Below are positions 1 through 9,448 of a stretch of 25,717 bases of DNA, in pieces (the first letter of the stretch is position 1; every line of letters begins with the position of its first letter). Position numbers and translations under genes: made by a program. The notes under the pieces were generated by a model, which was given only the letters and a program-made list of their open reading frames with translations, was not told where the DNA came from and searched no databases. The stretch spans positions 62,001 to 87,717 of the forward strand of contig CAYUVA010000011.1 of the NCBI GenBank assembly GCA_964448115.1. Direction: 5' to 3'. Source of the stretch: an uncultured bacterium (GTDB taxonomy: Bacteria; CAYUVA01).

Positions 1-1653
1 AATGGAGACGCCAGAGTAAAAATCCTAGATAAGGAGTACTCTCCACCGGAGATCTCTGCGTTTATTTTAATGAAACTCAAGGAGGCTGCTGAGAAATATC
101 TTGGCGAGAAGGTAACCGATGCTGTAATCACGGTGCCGGCTTACTTCAACGATAGCCAACGACAGGCGACTAAGGATGCTGGAAAGATCGCTGGACTGAA
201 TGTTAGGCGATTGGTCAACGAGCCTACCGCTGCATCGCTTGCCTACGGCTTGGACAAGAAGAAGGACGAGACTATTGCTGTTTTTGACTTCGGAGGCGGC
301 ACCTTTGATATCTCGATACTGGAGGTCTCCGAGGGGGTGGTCGAGGTTAAGGCAACCAACGGCGATACGCACTTAGGCGGTGACAACATCGACCAGGCGA
401 TTATAGAATGGCTGGTTGAAGAATTTAAAAAGGACCAGGGGATCGACCTGGGCAAGGATCAGATGGCTCTACAGCGACTCAAGGAGGCTGCGGAGAAAGC
501 CAAGATCGAGCTTTCTGAGGTTACATCCACTGATATAAACCTACCCTTTATAACCGCTGATGCATCCGGACCAAAGCATCTCAACATTACTCTATCACGC
601 GCCAAGCTGGAACAGCTCGCTGAGAAAATACTGGGCAAGCTGATGCCACCAGTGCATCAAGCCCTCGAGGATGCCGGTTTGAAACCCTCTGATGTAAACG
701 AGGTGGTTCTGGTAGGTGGCTCCACGAGGATGCCCAAGGTGATCGAAATGGTGAAGGAGCTATTCGGAAGGGAGCCGCATCAGGGGGTTAATCCGGATGA
801 GGTTGTCGCCCTTGGCGCTGCCATACAGGGAGCAGTGCTTAGCGGTGATATCAAGGATATGGTGCTGCTCGATGTAACTCCGCTATCGCTGGGCATCGAG
901 ACGCTTGGCGGTGTCATGACCAGGCTGATCCCAAGAAACACTACCATCCCTACCCGCAAGAGCGAGATCTTCACCACCGCAGCCGACAATCAGACCAGCG
1001 TTGAGATCCATGTCCTCCAGGGCGAGCGAGAAATGGCTGCCAATAACCGCACTTTGGGCAAGTTCCATCTTGTCGGCATACCGCCTGCCCCTCGCGGAGT
1101 CCCCCAGATCGAGGTTACCTTCGATATCGATGCCAACGGTATCGTTAATGTATCGGCTAAGGACCTGGCGACCAATAAACAACAACAGATCACCATCACC
1201 TCTTCAAGCGGGCTTTCCAAGGAGGAAATCGATAAGCTGGTGAAGGATGCAGAGGCTCATGCTGAGGAAGATAAGAAGAAACGCGAGTTAGTGGATCTAA
1301 AGAACCAGGCAGATGCTGTGATCTATTCTACTGAAAAGCTGATCAACGAGAACCGAGAAAAGGTTTCTGTTGGCGATCTGAGCAAGCTGGAAGATGCCCT
1401 CGAAGAGCTTAAGAAAGCCAAGGATGGCGATGATGCACAGCAGATAAAGAACGCGCTGGAAAATGTGCAAAACGCCACTCACGCAATATCACAGGTGCTA
1501 TATCAACAAGCCAGTAAGGAAGCTCAAGCTGCACAGGGACAGCAAGCCGGTGAAGAAAGCCAGCAAAGCGATCAACAAGCTGGCGGCAGCCAAAAAAGTG
1601 GCAGCAAGGGGGATGATGATGTGGTTGATGCCGAGTATGAGGATGTAAACTGA
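1..1653 (+). CDS. dnaK: Chaperone DnaK (Hsp70), 5'-truncated by the window edge
   Basis: Frame is open from base 1 ([27 protein letters not shown]...). Hsp70 motifs [45 protein letters not shown] and C-terminal [11 protein letters not shown]. The ATG at 70 is internal. Confidence 0.99.
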   Translation, partial: NGDARVKILDKEYSPPEISAFILMKLKEAAEKYLGEKVTDAVITVPAYFNDSQRQATKDAGKIAGLNVRRLVNEPTAASLAYGLDKKKDETIAVFDFGGGTFDISILEVSEGVVEVKATNGDTHLGGDNIDQAIIEWLVEEFKKDQGIDLGKDQMALQRLKEAAEKAKIELSEVTSTDINLPFITADASGPKHLNITLSRAKLEQLAEKILGKLMPPVHQALEDAGLKPSDVNEVVLVGGSTRMPKVIEMVKELFGREPHQGVNPDEVVALGAAIQGAVLSGDIKDMVLLDVTPLSLGIETLGGVMTRLIPRNTTIPTRKSEIFTTAADNQTSVEIHVLQGEREMAANNRTLGKFHLVGIPPAPRGVPQIEVTFDIDANGIVNVSAKDLATNKQQQITITSSSGLSKEEIDKLVKDAEAHAEEDKKKRELVDLKNQADAVIYSTEKLINENREKVSVGDLSKLEDALEELKKAKDGDDAQQIKNALENVQNATHAISQVLYQQASKEAQAAQGQQAGEESQQSDQQAGGSQKSGSKGDDDVVDAEYEDVN

Positions 1654-1725
1654 GCAGCATCTTGGTAGAATCACTAAGTACTGATAGTACATCAGTATAA
1701 AACAGACAACAATCGAGGATAAAAG

Positions 1726-2196
1726 ATGCCAAAGAGACGCGATGTGGAATCGGCAGAAGAGATTTGGGCGCTCATCGATCGAGTGCGTGACTGGTTCGAC
1801 CTGTTCAGCAGGCGGATCCCAGCCTCCATCTCTTCCATTAGGAACTATAGCGAGGGCGGCTCCACCTGGGCGCCCCCTATCGATGTGCTGGATACTGGAA
1901 AGGATATAGTTATTCTTGCAGAGGTACCCGGCATTGCCAGGGAAGATATTGATATAAGCCTGTTGGGTGATACAGTTCTCGTTAAAGGCACCAAGAAGAT
2001 GCCAAGAATTAAAGAGGGTCAGCGAGCGGTGCGAGTGGAAAGAGAATATGGTCCATTTGCCTGGGAATATAGACTCCCTGTAAAGGCTGAGAAACTTGAC
2101 CAGGGGCGCATCAATGCAAACCTGAAGGATGGGTTGCTGGTAATTACCGTCCCCATTGGAGAGATCGATAAGCCTAAAAGAGTCGAGATCTGCTAG
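1726..2196 (+). CDS. Small heat-shock protein, Hsp20/alpha-crystallin family
   Basis: Motifs WAPPIDV, AEVPGI..EDIDI, EREYGPF, A.LKDGLLVITVP; GAGGA SD at 1715-1719; lies inside the chaperone operon. Confidence 0.93.
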   Translation: MPKRRDVESAEEIWALIDRVRDWFDLFSRRIPASISSIRNYSEGGSTWAPPIDVLDTGKDIVILAEVPGIAREDIDISLLGDTVLVKGTKKMPRIKEGQRAVRVEREYGPFAWEYRLPVKAEKLDQGRINANLKDGLLVITVPIGEIDKPKRVEIC

Positions 2197-2239
2197 ACTT
2201 ATAGTAGCCTTAAATGTATAAGGAGGCACGCAACTTGGG

Positions 2240-3358
2240 ATGAAAAAAGACTACTACTCCATATTGGGAGTAAACAAGGATGCTGATGATAAACAGATAA
2301 AGAGGGCATATCGCCGTCTAGCTAGGAAGTATCATCCCGATGTGAATCCTAACGATCCCAAGGCTGCGGAGAAATTCAAGGATATTAGCGAGGCATACCA
2401 TGTGCTTAGCGATCCCCAGAAGCGGAAACAGTACGATATGTACGGAGACGCAGCCTTTACCGGCGACTACCAGGCTTATCAAACTGGAGGTAGAGGTCAG
2501 CGGATTGACTTTGACTTCAAGGATTTTGATCTCGGTGATCTCGGTTTAGGTGATATCCTTGGCGATCTCTTCGGTTCTCGTACAAAGCAAAAGTCAAAAC
2601 AACGAGCCAATGTTCCCCAAAGAGGCGAGGATATTCATTATACGATAGAAATAGGCTTCGAGGACGCCTTCAGAGGGCTTCCCACAACCATTACATTACA
2701 ACGGGAGGTTGCCTGCCAGACCTGTAAGGGGAGCGGGTATGACCAACGCGCGGGGACTATGGCTTGTCCGGTCTGTGGGGGTAGCGGAAAAGTAAAATCC
2801 GGCGGATTCCCACTCTTCTCGGAAGGAGCTTGCAGGAACTGCGGCGGCAGCGGCAGTGTCCCTCGCTCAACATGTCCATCGTGCCAGGGCAAGGGGAGGA
2901 TGCCCAAGTCAGAGACGCTGAAAGTCCATATCCCTGCCGGGGTTGACAATGGCTCCAAGGTGCGACTTGCAGGCAAGGGAAATGCTGGGATAAATGGGGG
3001 ACCTCCTGGCGATCTGTTTCTTATTACAAAGGTAAGACCCCATCCCTATTTTGAAAGAAGGGGAGCTAATCTGTACTGCGAGGTGCCGGTAACCTTCCCG
3101 GAGGCAGCCTTGGGCGCTAAAATCGAGGTGCAAACCCCGGAAGGTACATCCCTTTTAAAGATCCCTCCTGGGACGCAAAGCGGGCAGACCTTTCGCCTTA
3201 GCGGCAAGGGAATGCCTCATATAAAGGGAAATACGCGCGGAGACCTTTTCTGCAAGGTCAAGGTACATGTACCAAAGTTCCTCGATGAGGACTCCAAGGA
3301 TCTGCTGAGAAAATTCGCCCAATTAAATAGGGATAACCCCCGGCATAAGACCATCTAG
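2240..3358 (+). CDS. dnaJ: Co-chaperone DnaJ
   Basis: J-domain (KDYYSILGV...YHPD), G/F-like linker, four CxxCxGxG zinc motifs ([32 protein letters not shown]), C-terminal [11 protein letters not shown] domain. Confidence 0.97.
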   Translation: MKKDYYSILGVNKDADDKQIKRAYRRLARKYHPDVNPNDPKAAEKFKDISEAYHVLSDPQKRKQYDMYGDAAFTGDYQAYQTGGRGQRIDFDFKDFDLGDLGLGDILGDLFGSRTKQKSKQRANVPQRGEDIHYTIEIGFEDAFRGLPTTITLQREVACQTCKGSGYDQRAGTMACPVCGGSGKVKSGGFPLFSEGACRNCGGSGSVPRSTCPSCQGKGRMPKSETLKVHIPAGVDNGSKVRLAGKGNAGINGGPPGDLFLITKVRPHPYFERRGANLYCEVPVTFPEAALGAKIEVQTPEGTSLLKIPPGTQSGQTFRLSGKGMPHIKGNTRGDLFCKVKVHVPKFLDEDSKDLLRKFAQLNRDNPRHKTI

Positions 3359-3376
3359 CTTCGAGGATGGTGCTAT

Positions 3377-3784
3377 ATGAAAAAGGAGAAAAGAAAAGAG
3401 TACTACTCGATCAGCGTGATGGCTGATATGCTGAATATTCATCCCCAGACTATTCGGCTGTATGAAAAAAGGGGTATAATCTCTCCAAGGCGGACGGAGG
3501 GGAATACACGCCTCTTCTCAGAGGAAGACTTGGAGCGTATCAAGATGATCTTGACCCTCACCGAAGAGATGGGAGTCAATTTAGCCGGCGTGGAAGTCAT
3601 CCTTAAAATGAGAGATCAGTTCCTAGAGATGCAAAAGAAGAGAAACGAGCAGATTCAGGAGTTCATATTCAAGTTAATCGAGCAGGTCGAGAGCCTTGGA
3701 GAGCTGAAAAAGGATGCCTTGATGCCTTTGGATCCATTAAAATTAACCTCGTTAATCATAAAGAAAGACAAAGACAATCGCTGA
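3377..3784 (+). CDS. hspR: MerR-family heat-shock repressor (HspR-like)
   Basis: YSISVMADMLNIHPQTIRLYEKRG...PRRTEGNTRLFS...GVNLAGVEVIL matches HspR; located directly after dnaJ. Confidence 0.88.
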   Translation: MKKEKRKEYYSISVMADMLNIHPQTIRLYEKRGIISPRRTEGNTRLFSEEDLERIKMILTLTEEMGVNLAGVEVILKMRDQFLEMQKKRNEQIQEFIFKLIEQVESLGELKKDALMPLDPLKLTSLIIKKDKDNR

Positions 3785-3794
3785 AGCTTATCCG

Positions 3795-4511
3795 TTGTCC
3801 ACCACTAGGGCATCAACAGACTCCAAAAAATATAATGCGGATGTAGAAAGACTGAAATCTTGCTCCCAAAGGTTATTACCTTTGCTGCAAGAGATCTACG
3901 GCACCGTTCCCAGGGATCGCATCGGAATGCGTCCCCTGGTCGAAGAGATCATCTATACCATGCTTTCGCAGAACACCAGCGATGTCAATTCACTTAAAGC
4001 CTTTGATAACCTTCGATCAACGGTAGGTAACTGGGATGATCTTTTGTTGATGCAGCCCTCACAGATCGCTCTTGCAATCAAGGTAGGTGGTCTATCCAAG
4101 GTCAAGGCGCCCAGGATAAAGGAGATCCTCCTTAAACTAACGGATCGTTTCGGCACGCTTGATAAAGTCAGTTTCGCTGGCTGGAGCAAGAGCGATATCA
4201 TCGAATATCTCACCGCTATGAGGGGAATAGGATTAAAGTCAGCAGCTTGTATTATGTTGTTTGGCGCTAGCATCTCTGCTTTTCCGGTAGATACCCATAT
4301 CTTCAGGGTTTCTAAGCGTTTGGGTATTATACCTATGGATTCAACGACCGAATATGCACATGATCTCTTCGATAAGGCGATACCTGATGCACAGAAATAT
4401 GATCTGCATATTCTAATGATCAAACATGGCAGGGTTTGCTGCAAGGCGATCAAGCCAGCATGTACGAGATGCGGTTTGACGGGCTTCTGCTACTATTTCA
4501 CACAGACTTGA
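3795..4511 (+). CDS. Endonuclease III-like HhH-GPD DNA glycosylase with 4Fe-4S cluster
   Basis: LSQNTSD, HhH motif RGIGLKSA, FPVDTHIFRVSKRLG and C-terminal C-x6-C-x2-C-x5-C (CKAIKPACTRCGLTGFC). TTG start is uncertain. Confidence 0.9.
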   Translation: MSTTRASTDSKKYNADVERLKSCSQRLLPLLQEIYGTVPRDRIGMRPLVEEIIYTMLSQNTSDVNSLKAFDNLRSTVGNWDDLLLMQPSQIALAIKVGGLSKVKAPRIKEILLKLTDRFGTLDKVSFAGWSKSDIIEYLTAMRGIGLKSAACIMLFGASISAFPVDTHIFRVSKRLGIIPMDSTTEYAHDLFDKAIPDAQKYDLHILMIKHGRVCCKAIKPACTRCGLTGFCYYFTQT

Positions 4512-4654
4512 AATATTTGACAGGTTGTATATAAAGTTACATGCTTTATTCAGCCATATAAGGCAGAAAGCTTGGACATTATGATAATTATTGTACACCT
4601 TGGTTAAAAGATACTATCTTGCAGGAAGCCAAACTAAGATAGGAGGCATATTAA

Positions 4655-5095
4655 ATGGGCGATTTCAGTGTGCTACTGGTCGATGATGAGAGGGAGTTCG
4701 TCGAGACCCTGGCTAAAAGGCTGCGCAAAAGGAACCTGGATGTACAGTTTGTTACCAGCGGCAGGGAAGCACTCGAAATAATACAGCGAGATCACTTCGA
4801 TGTAGCCGTGGTCGATGTCAGGATGCCAGAGATGGAAGGGATCACGGTCTTGGAGAGGATGAAGCAGATGCAGCCGCTCATCGAAGTCATTCTTCTGACC
4901 GGTTATGTCTCCGTGCAGTCCGGTATCGAGGGGATGAAGAAGGGTGCTTTCGACTACCTAATTAAGCCCACAGAGATAGATAAACTGGTTGAGAAACTTT
5001 ATGAGGCTTACGAGAAAAAAAAGGCTCACGAGGAAAAAATGAAGGAAGAGCAGATCAGGGAAATGCTCAAGAATAATCATCCGAATAATAAATAA
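4655..5095 (+). CDS. Stand-alone response regulator receiver (REC) protein with short coiled-coil tail
   Basis: LLVDDE, phospho-acceptor DVRMP, LTG, DYLIKP; strong AGGAGG SD at 4641-4646. Confidence 0.93.
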   Translation: MGDFSVLLVDDEREFVETLAKRLRKRNLDVQFVTSGREALEIIQRDHFDVAVVDVRMPEMEGITVLERMKQMQPLIEVILLTGYVSVQSGIEGMKKGAFDYLIKPTEIDKLVEKLYEAYEKKKAHEEKMKEEQIREMLKNNHPNNK

Positions 5096-5170
5096 TCCCT
5101 GGTGATGACCATTCTTTCTACCTGCTATTATTTAATATTTATCATGCCTTGTCCCTAAAAAACCATATCG

Positions 5171-7465
5171 ATGATGCTTGAATCAGGAAACCAAGAAAAG
5201 GGTCCTATAAGGGTCTCCAATGTCGCCATTGTCGGCGCGGGCCCGGGGTGTATAACCATCCTGGAGATGGTGCGCAGCGATGCAATACCGCACATGAAGA
5301 TGAACATCGTAGCTATTGCTGATATCAACCTGAACGCCCCGGCATTGCCATTGGCTAAGGAGATGGGGGTCGAGCTGATCACGACTAACTATAGGGATCT
5401 TTTCGCTATCGATGATCTCGATACCATCATAGAGCTAACCGGAGACGACCAGGTGAGGGAAGCAATTGAGAAGGAAAAACCCCCCTCGGTGAGCATCATA
5501 GATCATAAGGTAGCCAACCTCTTCTGGTCGCTCTATGCTGCTGACCAGGAGAAGATTCGATCACAATTACAGGCTAAAAGACAGATCGACCAGGAAAAGG
5601 GACATTTTAAGCAGATCTTTGATAGCCTTCTCGACGAGGTGCTGGTTATTGACAAGGATATGGTTATCATGGATGTCAATCAGACCTACCTGACCAATAG
5701 CGGATTAACCAGGGAAGAGGTGATCGGTAATTACTGCTACGAGGTGGGGAGCCGACTGCGAGGAGACTGCCAGATATCGGTCGATTACTGCGGACTGCAA
5801 AAGGTGCTTCAAACAGGAAAGGCTACCAAGCAGGTCTATGAACACATGAACACCAAGACCGGTCGCATGGTCTATTGCAGCACCAAGTTCACTCCCTTGA
5901 AGGACGATAGAGGCGAGATCATCGGAGTGATCGAGGCTTCCAGGGATATAACCGATCGCGTAGAGCTGGAGGAAGAGCTGATCGCCTCCAAGGTGCAACT
6001 GGAGAAGTTCCTTGACGCCGCACCCTTTTTCATCTCGCTTAAGAATACTCAAGGACAGTACATTCGGATCAATAAGAAGGTGCTGGAGGCATTGCAGAAG
6101 CCGTTCGAGGATATTATCGCAAAGACCGACCTGGAGATACTACCCAAGGATATAGCCGAGGACATAAGGCAAAAGGACAAGATCATCCTCACCACCCGAA
6201 AGGAACTAGTTACCGAGGATATGATTCCCAGGGGAGATAAGCCCTTTTACTATTACACGGTTCGTTTTCCCATCTTCGATCACAGGAATGAAGTGCTAGT
6301 GATCGCCACCATCGCTCGCAATATTACGGCACTTAAAGAGGCTGAGATCAAGCTGCAGAAAAAGACAAGAGAACTAGAGGAAACCAAGGAATATCTGCAA
6401 AATATCTTAGAGAATTCGGCTGATATAATCATCACCACCGATCTCGATTACAACATAGTCTCCTTCAATGCCGGCGCTGAGAATTTGCTGGGATATAAAA
6501 GAGACCAGGTGCAGGGCACCCCATTAAGGATGCTGTATGCTAATGAGGATAGTTATTTAAATATTATAAGAAGAGTAGAGCAAGAGGGGGCTATCACCAA
6601 CTTCGAGACCGAGATGGTCTCCAAGGACAATAAGCGACTTGTGGTCAGCCTCACTCAATCAAGGCTGATCGATAAAAGTGGACAACCGATCGGCATGGTT
6701 AGCATCTGCCGCGATATCACCGCCCAGAAGGAGTTCCAGAGACAGCTTATCTGCCAGGATCGCCTGGTTGCCATCGGAAAGTTAAGTGCTGGTCTGGCTC
6801 ATGAGTTGAACAACCCGCTTGCCATCTCCACCGAGGCTATCGGCTGGATAAAGGAGCTTATCGAGGAGGAGAAAGAACAGTTCGATAAGCTCGAGGCAGC
6901 CAAGGAGATCGCCGACGGCTTGGATAGGATCGCGCGAATGACCAAGCGATGCAAGGATATCATACACCGCCTTCTCGGTTTCGCCTCTCAACGCAAGGAG
7001 AGGATCGGAGAAGCTAATGTCAATGATGTGCTTGATGAGGTTACCAACTTCATGCTCAATGTAACTCGCCTGGCCAATATCAAGATCCACAAGGATTACC
7101 AGCCTGAAATACCACCTATAAATATTAGCGTCATACAGCTTCAGCAAGTGTTCGTTAACATCATTGACAATGCAATCGATGCCATCGAGAGGAACGGGAA
7201 TATCTATATCAAGACTTATACCGAGAATGATAATGTCATTGTCTCCATCACCGATGATGGCAAGGGGATACCAGCAGAATTGCTGCCCGAGATATTCGAT
7301 CCCTTCTTGACAACCAAGCCAGTCGGAGAGGGTACCGGGCTGGGTCTGTCTATAGTTTACGGTATAGTAAATCAATTCGGTGGCTCGATCAATGTGGATA
7401 GCGAGGTTGAAAAGGGAACGACCTTCCATGTAAAATTTCCGGTGAAACAAGCTAACACCCAATAG
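5171..7465 (+). CDS. Cytoplasmic sensor histidine kinase: N-terminal Rossmann-like domain, three PAS/PAC domains, HisKA, HATPase
   Basis: VAIVGAGPG...IVAIADIN N-terminus; three PAC ends (SRDITDR, ARNITAL, CRDITAQ); H-box AHELNNPL; N/G boxes NIIDNAIDA, DDGKGI, FDPFLTTK, GTGLGL. No TM helix seen. Confidence 0.93.
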   Translation: MMLESGNQEKGPIRVSNVAIVGAGPGCITILEMVRSDAIPHMKMNIVAIADINLNAPALPLAKEMGVELITTNYRDLFAIDDLDTIIELTGDDQVREAIEKEKPPSVSIIDHKVANLFWSLYAADQEKIRSQLQAKRQIDQEKGHFKQIFDSLLDEVLVIDKDMVIMDVNQTYLTNSGLTREEVIGNYCYEVGSRLRGDCQISVDYCGLQKVLQTGKATKQVYEHMNTKTGRMVYCSTKFTPLKDDRGEIIGVIEASRDITDRVELEEELIASKVQLEKFLDAAPFFISLKNTQGQYIRINKKVLEALQKPFEDIIAKTDLEILPKDIAEDIRQKDKIILTTRKELVTEDMIPRGDKPFYYYTVRFPIFDHRNEVLVIATIARNITALKEAEIKLQKKTRELEETKEYLQNILENSADIIITTDLDYNIVSFNAGAENLLGYKRDQVQGTPLRMLYANEDSYLNIIRRVEQEGAITNFETEMVSKDNKRLVVSLTQSRLIDKSGQPIGMVSICRDITAQKEFQRQLICQDRLVAIGKLSAGLAHELNNPLAISTEAIGWIKELIEEEKEQFDKLEAAKEIADGLDRIARMTKRCKDIIHRLLGFASQRKERIGEANVNDVLDEVTNFMLNVTRLANIKIHKDYQPEIPPINISVIQLQQVFVNIIDNAIDAIERNGNIYIKTYTENDNVIVSITDDGKGIPAELLPEIFDPFLTTKPVGEGTGLGLSIVYGIVNQFGGSINVDSEVEKGTTFHVKFPVKQANTQ

Positions 7466-7533
7466 CGCTGACACCATAATCGGCTGAGCCTGGTAGGATA
7501 TTGTTTTTTAAGGTCTTGATATAAAGAAAGTAT

Positions 7534-7562
7534 TTGACTTTCAAGGTCTATACAATTATAAA
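7534..7562 (+). promoter_or_regulatory. Putative sigma70 promoter for the tRNA-Gln-prs block
   Basis: TTGACT (7534-7539), 17-nt spacer, TATAAA (7557-7562), about 55 nt upstream of the tRNA. Confidence 0.4.
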
Positions 7563-7616
7563 TTACCGTCCCTTTGAGCGGGGCATTTTGACAAGGGATT
7601 GCTTATATATGATACT

Positions 7617-7687
7617 TGGGGAGTCGTCCAACGGTAGGACATGGGACTTTGGATCCCAGTATGGAGGTTCGAGTCCTCCCTCCCCAG
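7617..7687 (+). tRNA. tRNA-Gln (anticodon UUG), CCA not encoded
   Basis: Cloverleaf: acceptor TGGGGAG/CTCCCCA, D arm GTCC-AACGGTA-GGAC, anticodon arm TGGGA-CT-TTG-GA-TCCCA, T arm GGAGG-TTCGAGT-CCTCC, discriminator G. Usual position upstream of prs. Confidence 0.98.
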
Positions 7688-7717
7688 TGTTAATGACCAA
7701 GGCAAGGAGAGATAGCC

Positions 7718-8707
7718 ATGGAACAATGTGATTCATTGAAGGTATGCGGTATATGCGATGAGATGATGATTATCTCGGGAAGAGCGAACCCAAAATTTGC
7801 TGCGGACATCTGTGATGTATTGAGGGTGAAAGAGACCGCGGTTGCATTCACCGACTTTTCCGACGGTGAGATCCTCCCCCAGATACAAGACAATGTCCGC
7901 GGGCGTGATGTCTTCGTGGTGCAATCCCTATGTCATCCAGTAAATAACAACATCATAGAACTTCTGCTTATCATAGATGCACTCAAAAGAGCCTCGGCTG
8001 CCCGAATTACCGCAGTGATACCCTACTTTGCCTATGCTCGGCAGGATCGCAAACTCAAGTCCCGAGTGCCTATCTCATCCAAGATGCTTGCCGATCTACT
8101 AGATGCCGTAGGTGTGGATCGTATTCTAACCATGGATCTGCACGCCGGTCAGATACAGGGATTCTTCAATGTCCCTACCGATCATCTGTACGCCTCCAAG
8201 GCGCTAGTAGAAAAGATCAAGGCGGAAAAAATTGAAAACCTGGTCATCGTCTCTCCAGATGCTGGAGGTGTCCCTCGTGCTGTAGAGGTCGCTGAGAACC
8301 TTGGCGCTGGACTAGCGGTGATCGAAAAGATGCGCAAACCTGGCATCGGCAATGTAAAGTTAAGATTCTTCATTGGTGATGTGAGGGGCAAGAATGCCCT
8401 GATCGTTGATGATATAATCGATACCGCCGGCACCGTGCTTCAGACAGTTGACAAGCTCAAAGAAGAAGGAGCAGACGATATATATATCGCCTGTAGCCAT
8501 CCCGTCTTGTCCGGACCCGGTCTGCAAAGAATGAGAAACAAGGATATAAAAAGGGTATTTGTAACCGATACCATACCCCATGAGTATCCGGTGGATCTGC
8601 GAGAGAAGGTGGATGTCATCACAGTGGCTCCGATGTTTGCCGAGGCTATAAAAAGAATTCATAACGCAGAATCGATTAGCGAGCTTTTTAACGATATAAA
8701 GAAGTAG
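7718..8707 (+). CDS. prs: Ribose-phosphate pyrophosphokinase
   Basis: FSDGE, PYFAYARQDRK, DLHAGQIQGFF, SPDAGG, PRPP-binding VDDIIDTAGT; AAGGAG SD before 7718. Confidence 0.98.
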   Translation: MEQCDSLKVCGICDEMMIISGRANPKFAADICDVLRVKETAVAFTDFSDGEILPQIQDNVRGRDVFVVQSLCHPVNNNIIELLLIIDALKRASAARITAVIPYFAYARQDRKLKSRVPISSKMLADLLDAVGVDRILTMDLHAGQIQGFFNVPTDHLYASKALVEKIKAEKIENLVIVSPDAGGVPRAVEVAENLGAGLAVIEKMRKPGIGNVKLRFFIGDVRGKNALIVDDIIDTAGTVLQTVDKLKEEGADDIYIACSHPVLSGPGLQRMRNKDIKRVFVTDTIPHEYPVDLREKVDVITVAPMFAEAIKRIHNAESISELFNDIKK

Positions 8708-8739
8708 CAAAGCGAAAAATAGAAAGGAGCGAACAGACA

Positions 8740-9441
8740 ATGCAAACAGAGCTTGTCGCCTATAGAAGGGAGAAAACCGGAAAAGGACCCGCACGACAGC
8801 TAAGGATGAGGGATCTCATACCGGCGATACTCTATGGATATGATACACCACCGACCGGCTTGTACTTCGAGAAAGGACATATACTAGGGATCGTCAATAA
8901 AGAATATCTGGGAAATGTGGTATTTGATCTAACCATAATTGATATTGATGGAAAACAGGAGGATACTGCCAGAAAAGTCCTTATAAAGTCCCTTCAAAGG
9001 GATCCGATCACCGACAATCTGATACACCTGGATCTGTTCCAGGTCTCGAAGGATCGAATACTAAAGGTAAAGGTACCCTTGAAGATCACCGGCACCGCCA
9101 AAGGGATTACCGAAGGAACTTCGATAATACGCATGGTTACTCCAGCAGTTACCTATAAATGTTTGTACGATGAGATCCCCGAATACATCGAGGTCAATGT
9201 AGATGACCTGGAGATCGGCAAGAGCATCACTGTCAATATGCTAGATGAAGATCTGGTGAAGAATATCCAAGAGGATGGCAGGCGGGTTCTGGTTAATAAT
9301 ACAAGCATAAAGAAGATAAAGATCGCTGCTGCAATGCTCGACGAGGAACTTGGAATAACCGAAGCTGCGCCTGCTGAGGGCGAAGAAGAAGGGGAAGGGG
9401 CTGAAAAAAAAGCCACCGAGGAGCAATCCAAGGAAGAGTAA
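8740..9441 (+). CDS. rplY: 50S ribosomal protein L25/Ctc (long form)
   Basis: R..TGKGPARQLR....IPAILYG, QRDPI...IHLDL, C-terminal beta domain and acidic tail; between prs and pth. Confidence 0.95.
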   Translation: MQTELVAYRREKTGKGPARQLRMRDLIPAILYGYDTPPTGLYFEKGHILGIVNKEYLGNVVFDLTIIDIDGKQEDTARKVLIKSLQRDPITDNLIHLDLFQVSKDRILKVKVPLKITGTAKGITEGTSIIRMVTPAVTYKCLYDEIPEYIEVNVDDLEIGKSITVNMLDEDLVKNIQEDGRRVLVNNTSIKKIKIAAAMLDEELGITEAAPAEGEEEGEGAEKKATEEQSKEE

Positions 9442-9448
9442 ACCTTCT

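Noticed and set aside
67-1220. Minus-strand ORFs antisense to dnaK (e.g. 67-372, 883-1185)
   Set aside because: Known shadow frame opposite Hsp70 genes, often mis-annotated as NAD-specific glutamate dehydrogenase; broken by stops here.
1498-2229. 243-aa minus-strand ORF over the dnaK end and hsp20, and similar long antisense ORFs (6782-7477, 14607-15266)
   Set aside because: They overlap well-supported genes on the other strand and show no recognisable motifs.
5101-5130. GGTGATGACC... resembling the start of a fluoride riboswitch
   Set aside because: No matching P1 partner or downstream conserved CUGAUG/CUAC arrangement; downstream gene is unrelated to fluoride.
7588-7616. Perfect TTGACA with GATACT 17 nt downstream, just before the tRNA
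   Set aside because: The implied start site would fall inside the tRNA acceptor stem, so it cannot be the tRNA promoter as spaced.
7534-7731. 65-aa ORF upstream of prs
   Set aside because: Spans the tRNA-Gln gene and its promoter.
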